NCBI RefSeq assembly: GCF_004010195.1
Contig: NC_057711.1
Coordinates: 79,888,361 to 79,952,360, forward strand
Source: Chiloscyllium plagiosum
Lineage: Eukaryota
DNA length: 64,000 nucleotides
Direction: 5' to 3'
The notes beneath the pieces were generated by a model, which was not told where the DNA came from, made no database searches, and was given only the letters and a program-made list of their open reading frames with translations. The position numbers and the translations under genes are program-made. The number at the start of each line of letters is the position of its first letter. Position 1 is the first letter of the stretch. This document shows positions 26,007-38,845 of the stretch, one piece after another.

Positions 26007-27989
26007 TGTTACGACAGCTGCGGGAACTTACTTGCTTCCTGGAACTTGTTCAAAGACAGGTTGCAGTCAAGGGGCCATTAGTGACACATTCCTTTACTTT
26101 GGGGCACCTCTTCCTCTCAGAAGCTGTTCCTTACATTGGTTCCTGCTTTGTTTAAGAACCAGGTGAGGCACCGCCATGATGCCTTTGAAGCACTCATTCT
26201 TGTTTCGCTGGATAATTGCGTTATGGAACGTGGTCCTCCATGCCATGAGTGGCAGAATACTGAGCTCAGCCTGTTGTCCCTGAAGTTATTCTTGGCTTTC
26301 CATTGATCTAACATGCTGCCTAATGATAATCCACAGAACAGGTAAGTTATGCTTTATGACAGTGTACAATTGTTTAAGAATAAATCAAATTCACAGTTGC
26401 TGTGTAATGACGAGATATCCTACATATTTGCACTGTAGACATATTCTTCATTCCACAATTTTCTGGGATTAAACTTGAAAACAACTCAGTAGGACCAGTG
26501 GTAACGCTGTTGAATGATTCCATTATTATGCAATGCCAGCAGGAAACTGTGCTCAATAGGAATATGAATTGAAATTGAGTTTTGTTGTTCTAATCCATCC
26601 CTGACATGTTCCTTTCAAGGGTGACTTTCATGCTGGCAGTACCCTGAAGGAATTAGCTCTTGAGCTGCATCATAACCTCATGTAGCCAACCTTCTGCCAT
26701 GAGCTCTACTTATTTCATGCCGATAAGTGTCTCACCCTATCGCTCCTCTTCAAAATCACTTAAACCTTCTAGAGAGTGCATCTGGGCTCTTATATATCCC
26801 AATTAGTGTTAATGCTGAGCACTGCAAAAAGGCATGTTACTGCTCCCACAGTTTTAACATATTTGTCACCAGAAAATAACTCATGGTATCTCACTATTTG
26901 GACTCATACTGATGGTATTTGATTTTACACTTATTGAAATATATATTTATACATATATGTTTTACAATTTACAATTACAAAGCTTGTGGAGAGATTTCCA
27001 TCCATCTTCGTAGCAGCATGCCTTTGCAGACAAAGACCACATGATTTCACTTTTGAGGGAGGTGGAAGACTGGTGCCCTGAGTCCCACCATCAGTTCATG
27101 ATCTGCTCCATTGAATTGAAAGTGGCCTTCTTCTGTGAAGAGTTGTTAAAGATGCATCGGATGAACAAAAATGTTCCACTGAGTATTTATGTCTTCATGC
27201 ATCTGAATATAAAGTGCCTTACCTTCAGAAAGCCTTGGAGAATGTTTGAGCCCTGGATGAGTGCACTGTAATTTTCAGCTGCATTTGTGAATAATTCTAA
27301 TCAGTCTTCAATCTTTCTCAGCTGCATCATCTAGGTTCTGCTCTCTTTGATCTACTGTGCTGGTTCTCAATCAGGATCATTACTTTCCTTTGTGTTGCAA
27401 TTGCAGCAAGTTACTAGATCTGTTCAAGTTAAGCATAATGAGATACTCAAGCAAACTCTGTGGCCACTTGTAACTTACTTTGGCATCAGAATTGAAGCAT
27501 GAATATGACAGCTTCTATATATCAGACCTTATGATTATTCAGACTCATTCTTATCTTGGTTCTTTCAGGTTTAATACCTTCCTTTGGATACGCTAATAGT
27601 ATTGCCTGAGATTGATTGCCTACCAGATGTTCATTATTCCCCTGTCTTACTACTCCATAACTCACATTTTACTGCACCCTTGTACTGTTCCTTATTCTGT
27701 GCATCTTGATCTGTAGAATTAGCTTTAACCCTTAAATCTGTCCCTTTATTTTTCAGCCAGATTGTGCCACATTCAACTGAATTGAAGCATAGTTCATTAT
27801 TCAGGGCAGGTTAGAAAAGCAATTTTTTTTTTTGTTGTTTTCTCATGAGTCTGTCAGTTATACCTTACATTTATCAGTTTGCTTCTCCATTTTCTTTGCT
27901 GCTATATTACATCTTACCTCCAGAAAGTTAACCACAAGCATGGAGATAATCTACAAAATAGACAGGAAAGTACTCAACGTGCACTGTTC

Positions 27990-28440
27990 TCAATTCAAAA
28001 ACCTTCAACTCATAGAGCTTCCATATACAGATAACACTTGTGTTCTTACTCAGAAACCAAATTGTTGATTCTTCCTTTAAAACATATGAAAAGATGGGCC
28101 TTTTATGAAACACCCAGAAAACAAAGGTTGTCTTGCAATGAGCTCCCACAGAAAAAGTCCTCCTCAGTCGATTAATTTTTGTGGTGAGATTGAAGAAAAT
28201 ATTGGCCATTTTCCACATCTTGGAAGCCTCCTCCAGACAAATGCAGGCATAGATGACAAAATGCATCATTACCTCCAATGTGCCAACTTGGTATTCAGCC
28301 AGTTGAGGGAAAGAGTATTTGAGGACCAGGTTCTCAAACAAGAGGCTAAGGTCATGATTTATCAAGTAGCAGTGAAGAATATCCTTCTGTAATGGGACCT
28401 CCAACAATAGATACTGATGGTGAGGGAGCATACTAAACAA
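27990..28440 (+). mobile_element. RTE-clade LINE fragment (post-RT region)
   Basis: IGHFPHLGSLLQTNAGIDDKMHHYLQCANLVFSQLRERVFEDQVLKQEAKVMIYQVAV resembles the RTE pattern FxYLGS..IDDEI..A..AFGRL..RVW..TKLKVYRAVV. Confidence 0.75.
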
Positions 28441-30715
28441 GATCAGTTTGTTGTGGTGGTGGTGGTGAGGGAGGGCAGCTGGAGCAGTCAAGTGGACTCT
28501 GACTGGAAAGGAGTTTTCTTTGGTGGAAGGAGGGTTAACAGGAAAAGGGAAAAGACAGACAAAGAATTCCTTCAGTCATTCTAATCAGTAGGCTTTGTTT
28601 CATGTATGTATTGTCAATAACATCTTGTTTAATGTTAATTTCCTATCATCCTGATCCCTGCTTCATAATCTTTGAGTAATCTGTATGCTCCAAAGTCACA
28701 TTACATTTCTTGCTCAGTCAATGTGATTCCAGAGGACTGGCATCAAATCATGGTGGACAAGCTTGATAAAAAGTCCATCTGAAATGGAGTTAATGATGGA
28801 GGAGCTGAAACTGGTGATGTCTGCATAGGGGGCTGAAGCTGTTCCAGGATTATTGGAGGCTCAGGTATTGGCAGAGGGAATTGGACCTTCAGGCTAGTCC
28901 CAGGTAGAGGCTCCCCATAACGTTATGGAAGAAAGAAGTGGTCAGATATTCCATTTCCCAATAAGTAGGACGTTGGACAGATTTGGGAGATGATTAGAAA
29001 CATCCAATAACTCAATGAGTGAAGACTGACTTCAGGATGAACAACTGGTACTGGCATCTGGGGCCTCAATCCAAGTCAACAGGCTGCATTTATGATGGAA
29101 CCTCTATGTGGGAAAGCACATGGGAAAATACTAGTAAGAGGTACAGATGTCGAAAGACATCTACAGCAAATTTTTGAGGGTTTGAGACATTTTGTGGACA
29201 GCAGGGCTGCACAGATTTCAAGAATACATGCAAGCTGAAGGGGAGGACCAGGTCTCTGAGCTGGTACAAGATTCACCCGAATTCCTCCTTCTAGTTGACC
29301 AGAGAGAGCACTCTGAAGGACTGTCCAGTAGAAGCAGCGATGGATGGGAACATCCAGATGAGCTGAAGAGATTTAATAATGATAAATCTCAATTATCTTT
29401 CCTTTGGAGTGTGGGATCACATCATCCAGATGATGGGGTAAGATTAGACTCCTAAGACCAGGAAAGAGGCTACAATGAGGTAGGTCAGTGCCATTGCAGA
29501 TGAGGATGTAGACATCAGGCAGAAGAAGAAGCTGGAAGACATTGTTCACAGCATACACAGGTCTAGTCGTTGCTGTCCTATCTCCATAGTAAACCTCACA
29601 GATGATTGTGCCCAACGATGCTCCAAAGAGATATTAGAATTATGACTGAACTAAGCATCTCATAAGAGACTGTCCTCTATGCCACAGCCACCACTGCCAT
29701 CACAAGCAGATACCCAGTCTGGTGAAATAGTCTTCTTTTCTCACCAATGTGAAATTAGTTGAGCCTCCCACTGAGAGGAGCAGGGGGCAAGGTCCTTCAG
29801 GAAGGAACTCAATCTTAGAGCAATAGGAATATGCCTACAGAGAGCACGGAATTGACAAGGTAGAAGCATCATGCCTAATTTTCACAGGACGAGAGGTGGC
29901 AATCATTCCTCACCAGTGTTTCCTTTCGGCTTAGTGGTATGAGTCAATTGATGTCTCTTCTCTCATTCAGTTCACTGCTCCACAGGAGTTGGACATCCCC
30001 TGTCATGGCAAAGAAAAGCTCCTCCTACCTGTCCTCAGTCACATTTTACATAGACAGGGATGTCTAGTAGTTTGTGACCCAATGTTCCATAGGAAATACG
30101 AAAGTTGCAAATATTCATGGCATTGTGGTTGACCATCTTAAGAGATAGGAGAAAGTGAGGATTGAAGAGATATCCAGGTGTCCTAGGATTCTGTGCAACA
30201 TTTAACAGCAAAGTCCTACAGGAGTTTTCTAAGGTCAATGACATTACCAAGGGTTGCATCACCTCCTACAATCCAGAGATGAATGGATACTGTGACTAAT
30301 TCTTCTAACTCTGCATGACTGTGCACCTTCCCTCCTGAGAGTACACAAAAGTGATTTACCTTCAGGAGCCAGTTTATGTTTATAATAGCACCCCACAATT
30401 ATCCATGGGCTATTCTCTATTACATCTCTTCTTTGGATGAGACCCCAAGTACTTCCCTTGGGCTCATCATACCATCGGAGGGGGTCATCAAGTTAATGAA
30501 TGGATTGCTGAGCATCACACAAAGGTAAGCCATTTGTTTGAGATGGCATCCAAGAGAATTGAGAGAGAGGCACTGAGGAGAAGGATGTTTACTGATCATG
30601 AGGCTGACAGGGCAGATCTTTCAATCAGCTTTAGGGTATTTCTCCAAGATCAAAATATCAGAGGCTGGAATAAAATACAAGATGTTTGGAATCCTGAAAC
30701 CCATGGATCAAGGAG

Positions 30716-30829
30716 ATCAAACAAAAACAGAAATTGCTGGCAAAAACTCTGCAGGTCTGGCAGCACCTGTAGGGAGAAAGCAGAGTTAATGGTTTGAGTC
30801 CAGTTCTGATGAAGAATCACCAGACTCAA
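30716..30829. mobile_element. Old PLE derivative with partial hammerhead
   Basis: Terminus shared with 13228 and 18965; ttCTGATGAagaatcaccagactcaa, cut by the adjacent SINE. Confidence 0.55.
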
Positions 30830-31160
30830 GGGGAGGCAATAGCTTAGTGGTATTATCACTGGACTGTTAATCTAGAGACCTAGGGAATGCTCCGGGGACC
30901 CAGGTTCCAAATCCACTGTGGCAGATGGTGGAATTGATATCCAATAAAAATGTTGAATTAAGACTTTGATGACGATGAATTCATTGCTGATTGTCGGGAA
31001 AAACCTATCTGGTTTGCTAATGCCCTTTAGGAAAGGAAACTGGCATCCATATTTGGTCTGGCCTACATGTGACTCCAGACCTAGAACAACGTGGTTGGTT
31101 AACTACTTTCTGGGTAATTAGGGATGGGCAATAAATGCTGACCTAGACAGTGATGCTCAC
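30830..31160 (+). mobile_element. tRNA-derived SINE (second family)
   Basis: A box tagcttagtgg, B-box-like ggttccaaatcc; homologous to 14680-14862 and 45740-45970. Confidence 0.75.
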
Positions 31161-32139
31161 ATCAAAAAACACAACAAAAAGTCTCCTTGAAGATGCCCAG
31201 AGTCTTATGGGGTCCCTGGCTCATGCTTAACTAAAACTGAAGAGACTCACGTGACTCACTCCTGCTCCTATTTCTTACAGTTTTATATTCTTCTGTTTTA
31301 TACCTCCAGAGGTATGCATTATATTATTGTGCATGCGGTCTTAAAAATGTTCAGAATAACCTGTATAATTGCTTACATTTTTTATGGTACAGCAGGGAAG
31401 TTTTATTTTCAATACCATGTTAGATATACTTCACTAACTGTATTTGAGACAATATGAGATTGTGGACCCACAAAGTATTAGTGCTTCATACATTTTCAAG
31501 ATAATAGGACACGTGCCACAGAATAACACAGCTTGAGACAACAAGCACTATTCATGTCATAAACATCTTAGCAGACTTCACAGAAGCTGAATAGACATCC
31601 AGCAGTAACGGAGAAATGTTAAAAGGAGGACTTGAGGATGTTTGCACAAGAGTGGATTTTGATGAGTACTTTGATTTCAGGAGCAGAGGTAACATGAAGA
31701 ACAGATTTTTTGATCAAATGTTCTATAGTATAGGGTTAGATGTTGTCGGATCTGTAAGTGATGATTGAGCAGAGATGGTGAAGAAATGAGAGCCAGAGGC
31801 AAAAGGAACAGAGAGCCTATTGCATGGGGGATGGGGAGAGGTGACAGCAGAGAAATATGAGGGAACAATGGATTTTTTGCATAAGAATAAAAATTGAATG
31901 AGAGAAGAATAGATGACAAGGTTACTGCACTATGAGAGCAATAGTGAAGATTGGGAAAGAGAGGATAAATAATTAGGAAATAAAGCCTAGACTCGGATTG
32001 TTATGGATGAAGGTGATACTTTGAAGCCAGTGAGGAAAGTGTTGGATTTTGAAACCTGGTCAATGTAAAGGCTAGGCTAAAAGTTCCGCATTAGTGACAG
32101 TGAAGCAAGGAAAAGACGTGATTGTATAGAGATGACAAT

Positions 32140-33730
32140 GATCAGCACAAAATAGCCAAAACAAGGTTCAGTATATTGATCTTCCATTGATGGTGACATT
32201 CAAGAACATGTTAAGATTAGTAAGGAGGAGGTATTAGATACTTCAGAGAAGTTAAAGGTGCATAAATCCCTAGAATCTGATGAGATATATCCCAGGCTGT
32301 GATGGAAGACAAGAGAAGAGATTGCTGGTGCCCAGGTGGAGATATTTAATAGTTGCTGCCACAGGTGACGTGCCATATGACTGGAGGATAGCTAATGTGG
32401 TCCCTTTCTTCAAGAAGGGCAACAAGGATAGGCTAGGAAATTACAGACCAGTTAATCTGACATCAATGGTAGTGAAACAATTGGAAAAAATTCTGAGGGA
32501 CAAGATTAGTCAACATTTGAAGAGGTAGGGATTGATCAGGGATAGTCATCATGAATTTGTGAGAGGGAGATCCTGTCTGATCAATTTAATGAGTTTTTTG
32601 AAAAGGTGATTAAATACATTGAGGGTAGTACAGTTGATGTGGTTTACATGGAATTTGGTAAGGCCTTTGACAAGATCCCGCATGGAAGGCTGGTCCAAAA
32701 GGTAAGTTGGCAAATTGGATCCAATATTGACTTAAAACAGGAGGCAAAGGATGATGGTGGAGGGATGTTTTCATGATTGGAAGCCTGTTACTGACAATGT
32801 GCTAATCCTTGCTTGTCATTAATGACTTGGATGTGAATGGAGAAGTTTAATTAGTAAGTTTTCAGACAACATGTATATTAGGAGTTTTGTTGATAGTGAG
32901 GAGGATGATCACAGGTTACAGTCTAGTATTGATCAGTTGGTAAATTGGGCAGAGCAATGGCAGATGGAATTTAATTCTGATGAGCAGGAGGTGATGCATT
33001 TTATAGAGAAGGATATACAAAATGAATGATAGGTCCCTTACTGAGGAATAAAGTGATGTTAATGTATGAGTCCATAGATTCATAAAGGTGTCAGCACGGG
33101 TTGACAGGGTAGTAAAGAAGGCAAACACCTAGCTTGCTTTCATTAGTTGAGGTGTAGTAAATACGTGCAAGGATGTCTTATTGCAACATTATATAACTTT
33201 GATTAGGCCACAGATAGAATACCGTGTGCAGTTCTGGTCACCACACTATCGGAAGGACAAGATTACACTGTAAATGGCGCAGAAGAGGTTCATCAGGGTG
33301 TTGCTTGAGCTGAAATGTTTCAGTAATGAGGAGAGGCTAAATAAGCTGGGTTTGTATTCCTTTGAGTAGTGGAGGGATCTGATTGAGGTACACAAAATTA
33401 TGAGCCGCATGGACAGGGTGGTTTATGAGAATATCTTCCCCATGGCAGACGTGTCTAAGACCAGAGACCATAAAGTTAAGATCAGAGATAAATGATTTAG
33501 AAGAGATCAGAGCAAAGTTTTTTCACCTCAAGGGTGAATACTGCCTCAAGGGTGATAGAGCAAATCTTGCAACTATTCAGATGCACCTGGATAAACACTT
33601 TAAATGCCAGGGTGCAGTAGGCAATAGACCAAACGCAGATAAATGGGGTTAATGAAGTTAGGTGTTTGTTGGACAGCATAAACATGATAGGCCGAAGGAC
33701 CTGTTTCAACATTGTATGGTTCTGTGACTC
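32140..33730 (+). mobile_element. Decayed CR1 ORF2 and 3' end
   Basis: DVPYDWRIANVVPFFKKGNKDRLGNYRPVNLTS; KAFDKIPH; WQMEFN; many stops and frameshifts. Confidence 0.9.
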
Positions 33731-33787
33731 TTTGACCCATTGCACATATGCAGGTAGCCATTTTCAGTGGAGATGGGGGCCTGATTT

Positions 33788-34255
33788 AGAGTCGTATAGA
33801 TGTACAGCATGGAAACAGACCCTTCGGTCCAACTCGTCCAGACTGACCAGATATCCTAGATTAGTCTAGTCCCATTTTCCAACACTTGGCTCATATCCCT
33901 CTAAATCCTTCCTATTCATATACCCATCCAAATGCCTTTTGAATGTTGTAATTGTACCAATGTCCACCACTTCCTATGGCAGCTCATTCTACCCTCTGCA
34001 AGGAAAGGTTGCCCCTTCGGTCTCTTTTAAATTCTTCCCCTTTGACCCTAAACCTATGCTCACTAGTTCTGGTCTCCCCCAAACCAGGGAAAAGACCTTG
34101 TCTATTTACCCTATCCATGTCCCTCATGATTTTATAAGCCTCTGTAAGGTCACCCTTCAGCCTCTGACGCTGAAGGGAAAGCAGCCCAGTCTATTCAGCC
34201 TCTCCCTGTCAATCAAGCCCTCCAACCCTGATAGCATCCTTATAAATCTTTTAAA
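33788..34255 (-). mobile_element. CR1 3' fragment
   Basis: Homologous to 3000-3360 and 20225-20815. Confidence 0.88.
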
Positions 34256-34541
34256 TATGTTGTCTTCACTGAATTGGTTCCTTGTGGTTCAAGAAAAGAA
34301 CAGGAAAATGGAGATGGGAGCTGTTGACTCCTTTTCTATTTTAAGCATGCCTTCTACATTAGATGTAGGAGTGTTTCCTCAGCAAGTCTGTGGTCTCCCC
34401 ACTGTGGATCCTGACCTCTCTTTCCCAGGTTGTGACAGTGAGCACCTCTAATCCCCAATTCCTGAGTTATAGCTTGGTCTATGATCAAGATCACCAGGAA
34501 CTGTTTACAACGGTCTTTCAGCAGTTGTTTCCAGTCCCTTC

Positions 34542-35034
34542 TTTCTCTCACACCAATTCAACCGGTCACTGGGTAAAAAACAGAAGGAAAGATTTACATT
34601 GAAACCTTGCCATTAGGTTTGTCCCATTCTCTATATTCCTGCCTTGCCAACTTTCCATTGTGTTTCTGCACACCCTCCCACCATGCAACATCCATCGAGT
34701 AGCAATGCTATAGGATGGTTCATCAATGATTTAGGCTGTTCCTCAAATATATGCAGCTTCAGTTGTATTTACACTCTTGGAATTTTGATGTTCATAAAAT
34801 CCAGTGGTTCAAATTTTAAAAAAATCTTCCATATTTCCTGGTTCCTTTCCACTGTATGTCAAGCTCTGTTCAGCTACTAAGATGGGAACTAATTGGACTC
34901 CCATCTCCTGGCTGTAAATCATGCACAGTAAACAGTCTAATAACAATTTACTGTCCTTCTGATGGCAAGGTTTCAATGTAAATCTTTCCTTCTGTTTTTT
35001 TACCCAGTGACCGGTTGAATTGGTGTGAGAGAAA
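34542..35034. repeat. 72-bp near-perfect inverted repeat around a ~350-bp spacer
   Basis: 34542-34613 is the reverse complement of 34962-35034, differing only by one base in an A/T homopolymer. Confidence 0.92.
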
Positions 35035-35243
35035 TTTTGTAAACCTCTGTAAGGTCACCCCTCAGCCTTCGGCGCTCCAGGGAAAACAGCCCTGGCCTGT
35101 TCAGCCTCTCCCTGTAGCTCATATCCTCCAACCCTGGCAACTTTCTTGTAAATCTTTTCTGAACCCTTTCAAGTTTCACAACATCTTTTCGATAGGAAGG
35201 AGACCAGAATTGCACGCAATATTCCAACAGTGGCCTAACCAAT
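35035..35243 (-). mobile_element. CR1 fragment lacking its 3' end
   Basis: [44 protein letters not shown] ends abruptly at the inverted repeat. Confidence 0.9.
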
Positions 35244-35599
35244 ATACAAATATACAGACATACAAATTGAACATTTAATTAGACAAAAATTATCTTCAGC
35301 CTTTCTGATGTTTGTACCTTTTGCATTGCATGACTTCATTTGTTCCTTGGGGTCATTAGTACAAAGGCATCTCTCGGTTTGTGCTTTAAATTGAAGAGTA
35401 TTAGATTTTAGTGAAAACTTCGCTTCTCAGCAATAAATAAAAATCAATTAGTTTGTTTAATACATCACCACTGGGGTTTCCAAATAAACATATTCAAATT
35501 CTTTCTGAATATATCTTTCATCATATTTTTCATATGACCTGTTCTTGGTGGTACATCTTCTTTCGCCCTGCAGGTAGTGAAGATGCCTTCCATTGTCCC

Positions 35600-35775
35600 A
35601 TGCCTCATCAGATGGAGAAGATTATTGCTGAGTTTAATCTAAGAGTCACCATATCTCAGATGAGGGGTCAGTTGAGAAGATGGGACCTTCATGGTCACCT
35701 CAGCTGGTGCAGGAATTGAACACGCATTGTTAGCATCAATCACCAGCCGTTCAGTCAACTGAGCTAACTGACCAT
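35600..35775 (-). mobile_element. tRNA-derived SINE (third family)
   Basis: Minus-strand tagctcagttga...gttcaattcc boxes; related + strand copy at ~45118-45320. Confidence 0.55.
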
Positions 35776-37399
35776 AATTTGGTGCAAGTTCAACCAAAAC
35801 TTAGTTTGTTAAGTTTGTGAAGAGGGGAAAAGGGAAGGCTAGCCATCATTGTGTTGGAATAATTAAGTGTAGAGTTACATGCCTTCCTTTTTTTTAAGGA
35901 ATGCTTTGCCCCTTTAATTTTTTTTCAAGGCAGCACACATGAACTAATTTACAAGAGCTGAGTTGTGTGCATTCTGTGTGGGGACATTCAGGATGCAGCA
36001 CAGTTTTGAGAATACAAAGTTTAGAAGCTGGAAAGGCAGGGGTAAGGGTTTCCACAGCAAATGAGCGATGTCAGAAGTGCAGTTCAGCAATGTTAAGGAG
36101 GTGGATGTAAGTATGTGATTGAAGTATTTATTTTCATTAATTACAACATCAAGTCATTTTACAAATTATCTAGTTCAATATCAGACAGTTACCAGAGTGA
36201 CAGGGATGTAGTCAGTGTCTGAGACTGAATTTGTGAAGGGTACCAATGGGAATGGCTTTAGACTTCCTCATTTTCAATTGGTCAAAGTTCACACTTAAGG
36301 AATAATCTCCAGGGTGAGGTGCTACAATTGCTATTACCTGTAGAACAATAATCCATGATGATTCTTACCTTGAAGAGAAAGTGATAGAAAGGGTGAAAAT
36401 TAGAAAGAAGTAGTTTACTTTGTACTAATCGCATGGTGGAAAAAGCCTATTATAAAAGAAAATGTAGGTATGGGAGGTGAGAGGTGCTGGGTCCATCAGC
36501 AAAGTGTTTTTCTTCTGCAGCACTACCTGTGGACCAAGGAACAGTTCTCTTCAGGCCTACAAATCTAACCCTGCTAACCACCTCACTTAGATCTGCACTC
36601 TGACTTCTCCCACAATCTCTACCATTGCACTCTGTCAGCTTCCACGACTACCCTGTGATTTGTCCCAGCTCCCCCAGCCACACCCCACTCATTTCCCCCA
36701 CTCCCTCACCTCTAATCACTCTGCTCTACCTCCATGAATCTTATTGGATCCTCAGCTGAGGCCTTTCCTGGAGCCTTCCTTGTTGGATTTCCTGCTGGAC
36801 AAAGACGTAACCTGCAGATTGGTGGGGAATCTGGTGAAAAGAAACATGTGCATTGTGATGCATTAATTTTCATCCCTGGACTACCTGGGTGCAACAAAAG
36901 ATGCCACAGCCCACTTATGAGACTGCTTTAACTTGCCAATGCAAAAGATTCTTATCACAATTAATGCCGGGGTGGGGGGAATGGTGGTTGGTGTGGAGGA
37001 GGAAACACAGCTTTTGGTGAGGTGATTTCTGGCTCCAGGCTGGTGAGCTTCAGTTTCTTGTCAAGGATCAACTTCAAGTGGTTTCTTCTCTTTGGATTTC
37101 CAAAGCCATACGGTTGAAAACAATCTGACATTTGTGTGTTGTAACAGTGACATTAATTACACTGAAAATAGCACATTCCTGCTGCCTGAGCTTGTGTTGA
37201 CACACCAGTCAACACAATCCACATTGTGGGGTGTGGTTTTGTCCTTCATGTGGCATCAATAATGTTGTTGTGTCTCAGTGACTTGCATCTTGGACCAGCC
37301 AACACACCTCCATGAATGATTCTCCCAGACCAGACTTTAAGAGTCACTGCTTTAATGTAATAAGGTGATCCAAGTGACTTTATAGGAGGATTAATTATG

Positions 37400-37960
37400 A
37401 AACAAAAATTGACATTAGAAAGTGTTATTCAAAGTAATATTCGAACAGACACAAGAAAACTTGATCAAAAAGTATCATCTTAAAGGAAGTAAAGTTGATG
37501 CATAGAGAGGTGTAAGAAGGAAATGCAAGATTCCAGGGCCATGGCAGCTGAAGACACAGCTAGTAAAATGGGGAATGAACAAGTGGCCAGAATTAGGTGA
37601 GTATAGATAATTTGAGAAAATGGTGAGACTGGAGGAGTTTGCAGGCATAGGAAGCACAAGGCCATAAGAGGTTTTAAAAACTAGCATGAAATTATTTAAA
37701 TGGAAGCTTCACTTAACTGGGAGTCAATATAGATCAGCCATCATATGGGTGAATGGAACTTGTGCAGCAGGATTTTGGAAAAACTCAAATTTATGGAAGG
37801 TAGAACATGAAAGACCAACAAGCTGACAATTAAAATAATAAAATCTAAAGACATCAAAGACATGAATAAATGTTAGAAGAACAGATGAACTGTGACAGGA
37901 GCAGAATCAGGCATTGTTGGGATATGGCAATCAATCATCTTGATGATGGCACAGTTAAGT
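37400..37960 (-). mobile_element. Ancient L2-like LINE 3' fragment
   Basis: Purine-rich degenerate stretch with ccagggccatggcagctgaag; similar to ~40750-41040. Confidence 0.45.
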
Positions 37961-38083
37961 ATGGATGCATATGTAACACCTCTAGTTAATGGTACAAAGC
38001 TCCAAAATTTTGGGTAACTGATTTGAATTAAGACTTAACTTAATATTTAATCTTCATGGTAATTATTATATTGTTTAATTACT

Positions 38084-38209
38084 GCCACTAGATGTCATTA
38101 GCATGTCAATCATCACCATCTAGTGGCTGACATTGAGAAGTACAGGAGAACAGCAAAGCCCCGGGGCGGGGCGGGGCGGGGGGGACCTGTAATTACTGTC
38201 AGTGCCAAT
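38084..38209. promoter_or_regulatory. Inverted CTCF-like motif pair, GC boxes/G-quadruplex and CCAAT box
   Basis: GCCACTAGATG 38084-38094 and CATCTAGTGGC 38117-38127; GGGGCGGGGCGGGGCGGGGGGG 38163-38184; CCAAT 38205-38209. Confidence 0.45.
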
Positions 38210-38619
38210 CACCCAACTCACAAAAATATTCCTATTTAGTTGGATGGTATGATTTTCAGTGGGTAGTAGCTAAATGTTCAAATTGATATTCCTGAATACC
38301 TATCGCTTTGTGCTTCTGCATCTTAACTGCTAATTTCAGAGTGCGACACTATATTTAAAAAATGAAGTAAATTGGCAACACAGTAAGTCTTGCTCTGGAT
38401 GCCAACTTTCAGCTTTTTATAGTACTTTACTGACAAATCTTCTGTAAATCATTTTAATTTGAAACTGCTTATAAGTTTATAGTTTGCTTTGCCTGACTTT
38501 CCTTTGCAACTTAACACAACCTGGACATTTGAACAACTAAAGCCAACACACTATCATAGGAGTTGTTGTGGGTGGGGCAGGAGGGGTAGTGCAGGGTGGA
38601 GGTTTCAATGAACTTTTAT

Positions 38620-38845
38620 TGGTGAGTGTACACAATGAACTGCCAGATGAAGTGGTGGAGGTTGGCACATTTACAACATTTAAAAAGCATCTGGATGGGT
38701 ATATGAATAGGAAGGGTTCAGAGGGATACGGGCCAAGTGCTGGCAAATGGGACTTGATTAGGTTTGGACATCTGGTCAGCATGGATGAGTTGGACTGAAG
38801 GGTCTGTTTCCGTGCTGTATATCTTTATGACTATGACTCTATGTG
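38620..38845 (+). mobile_element. CR1 3' end
   Basis: NELPDEVVEVGTFTTFKKHLDGYMNRKG; tatgactatgactctat tail. Confidence 0.88.
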
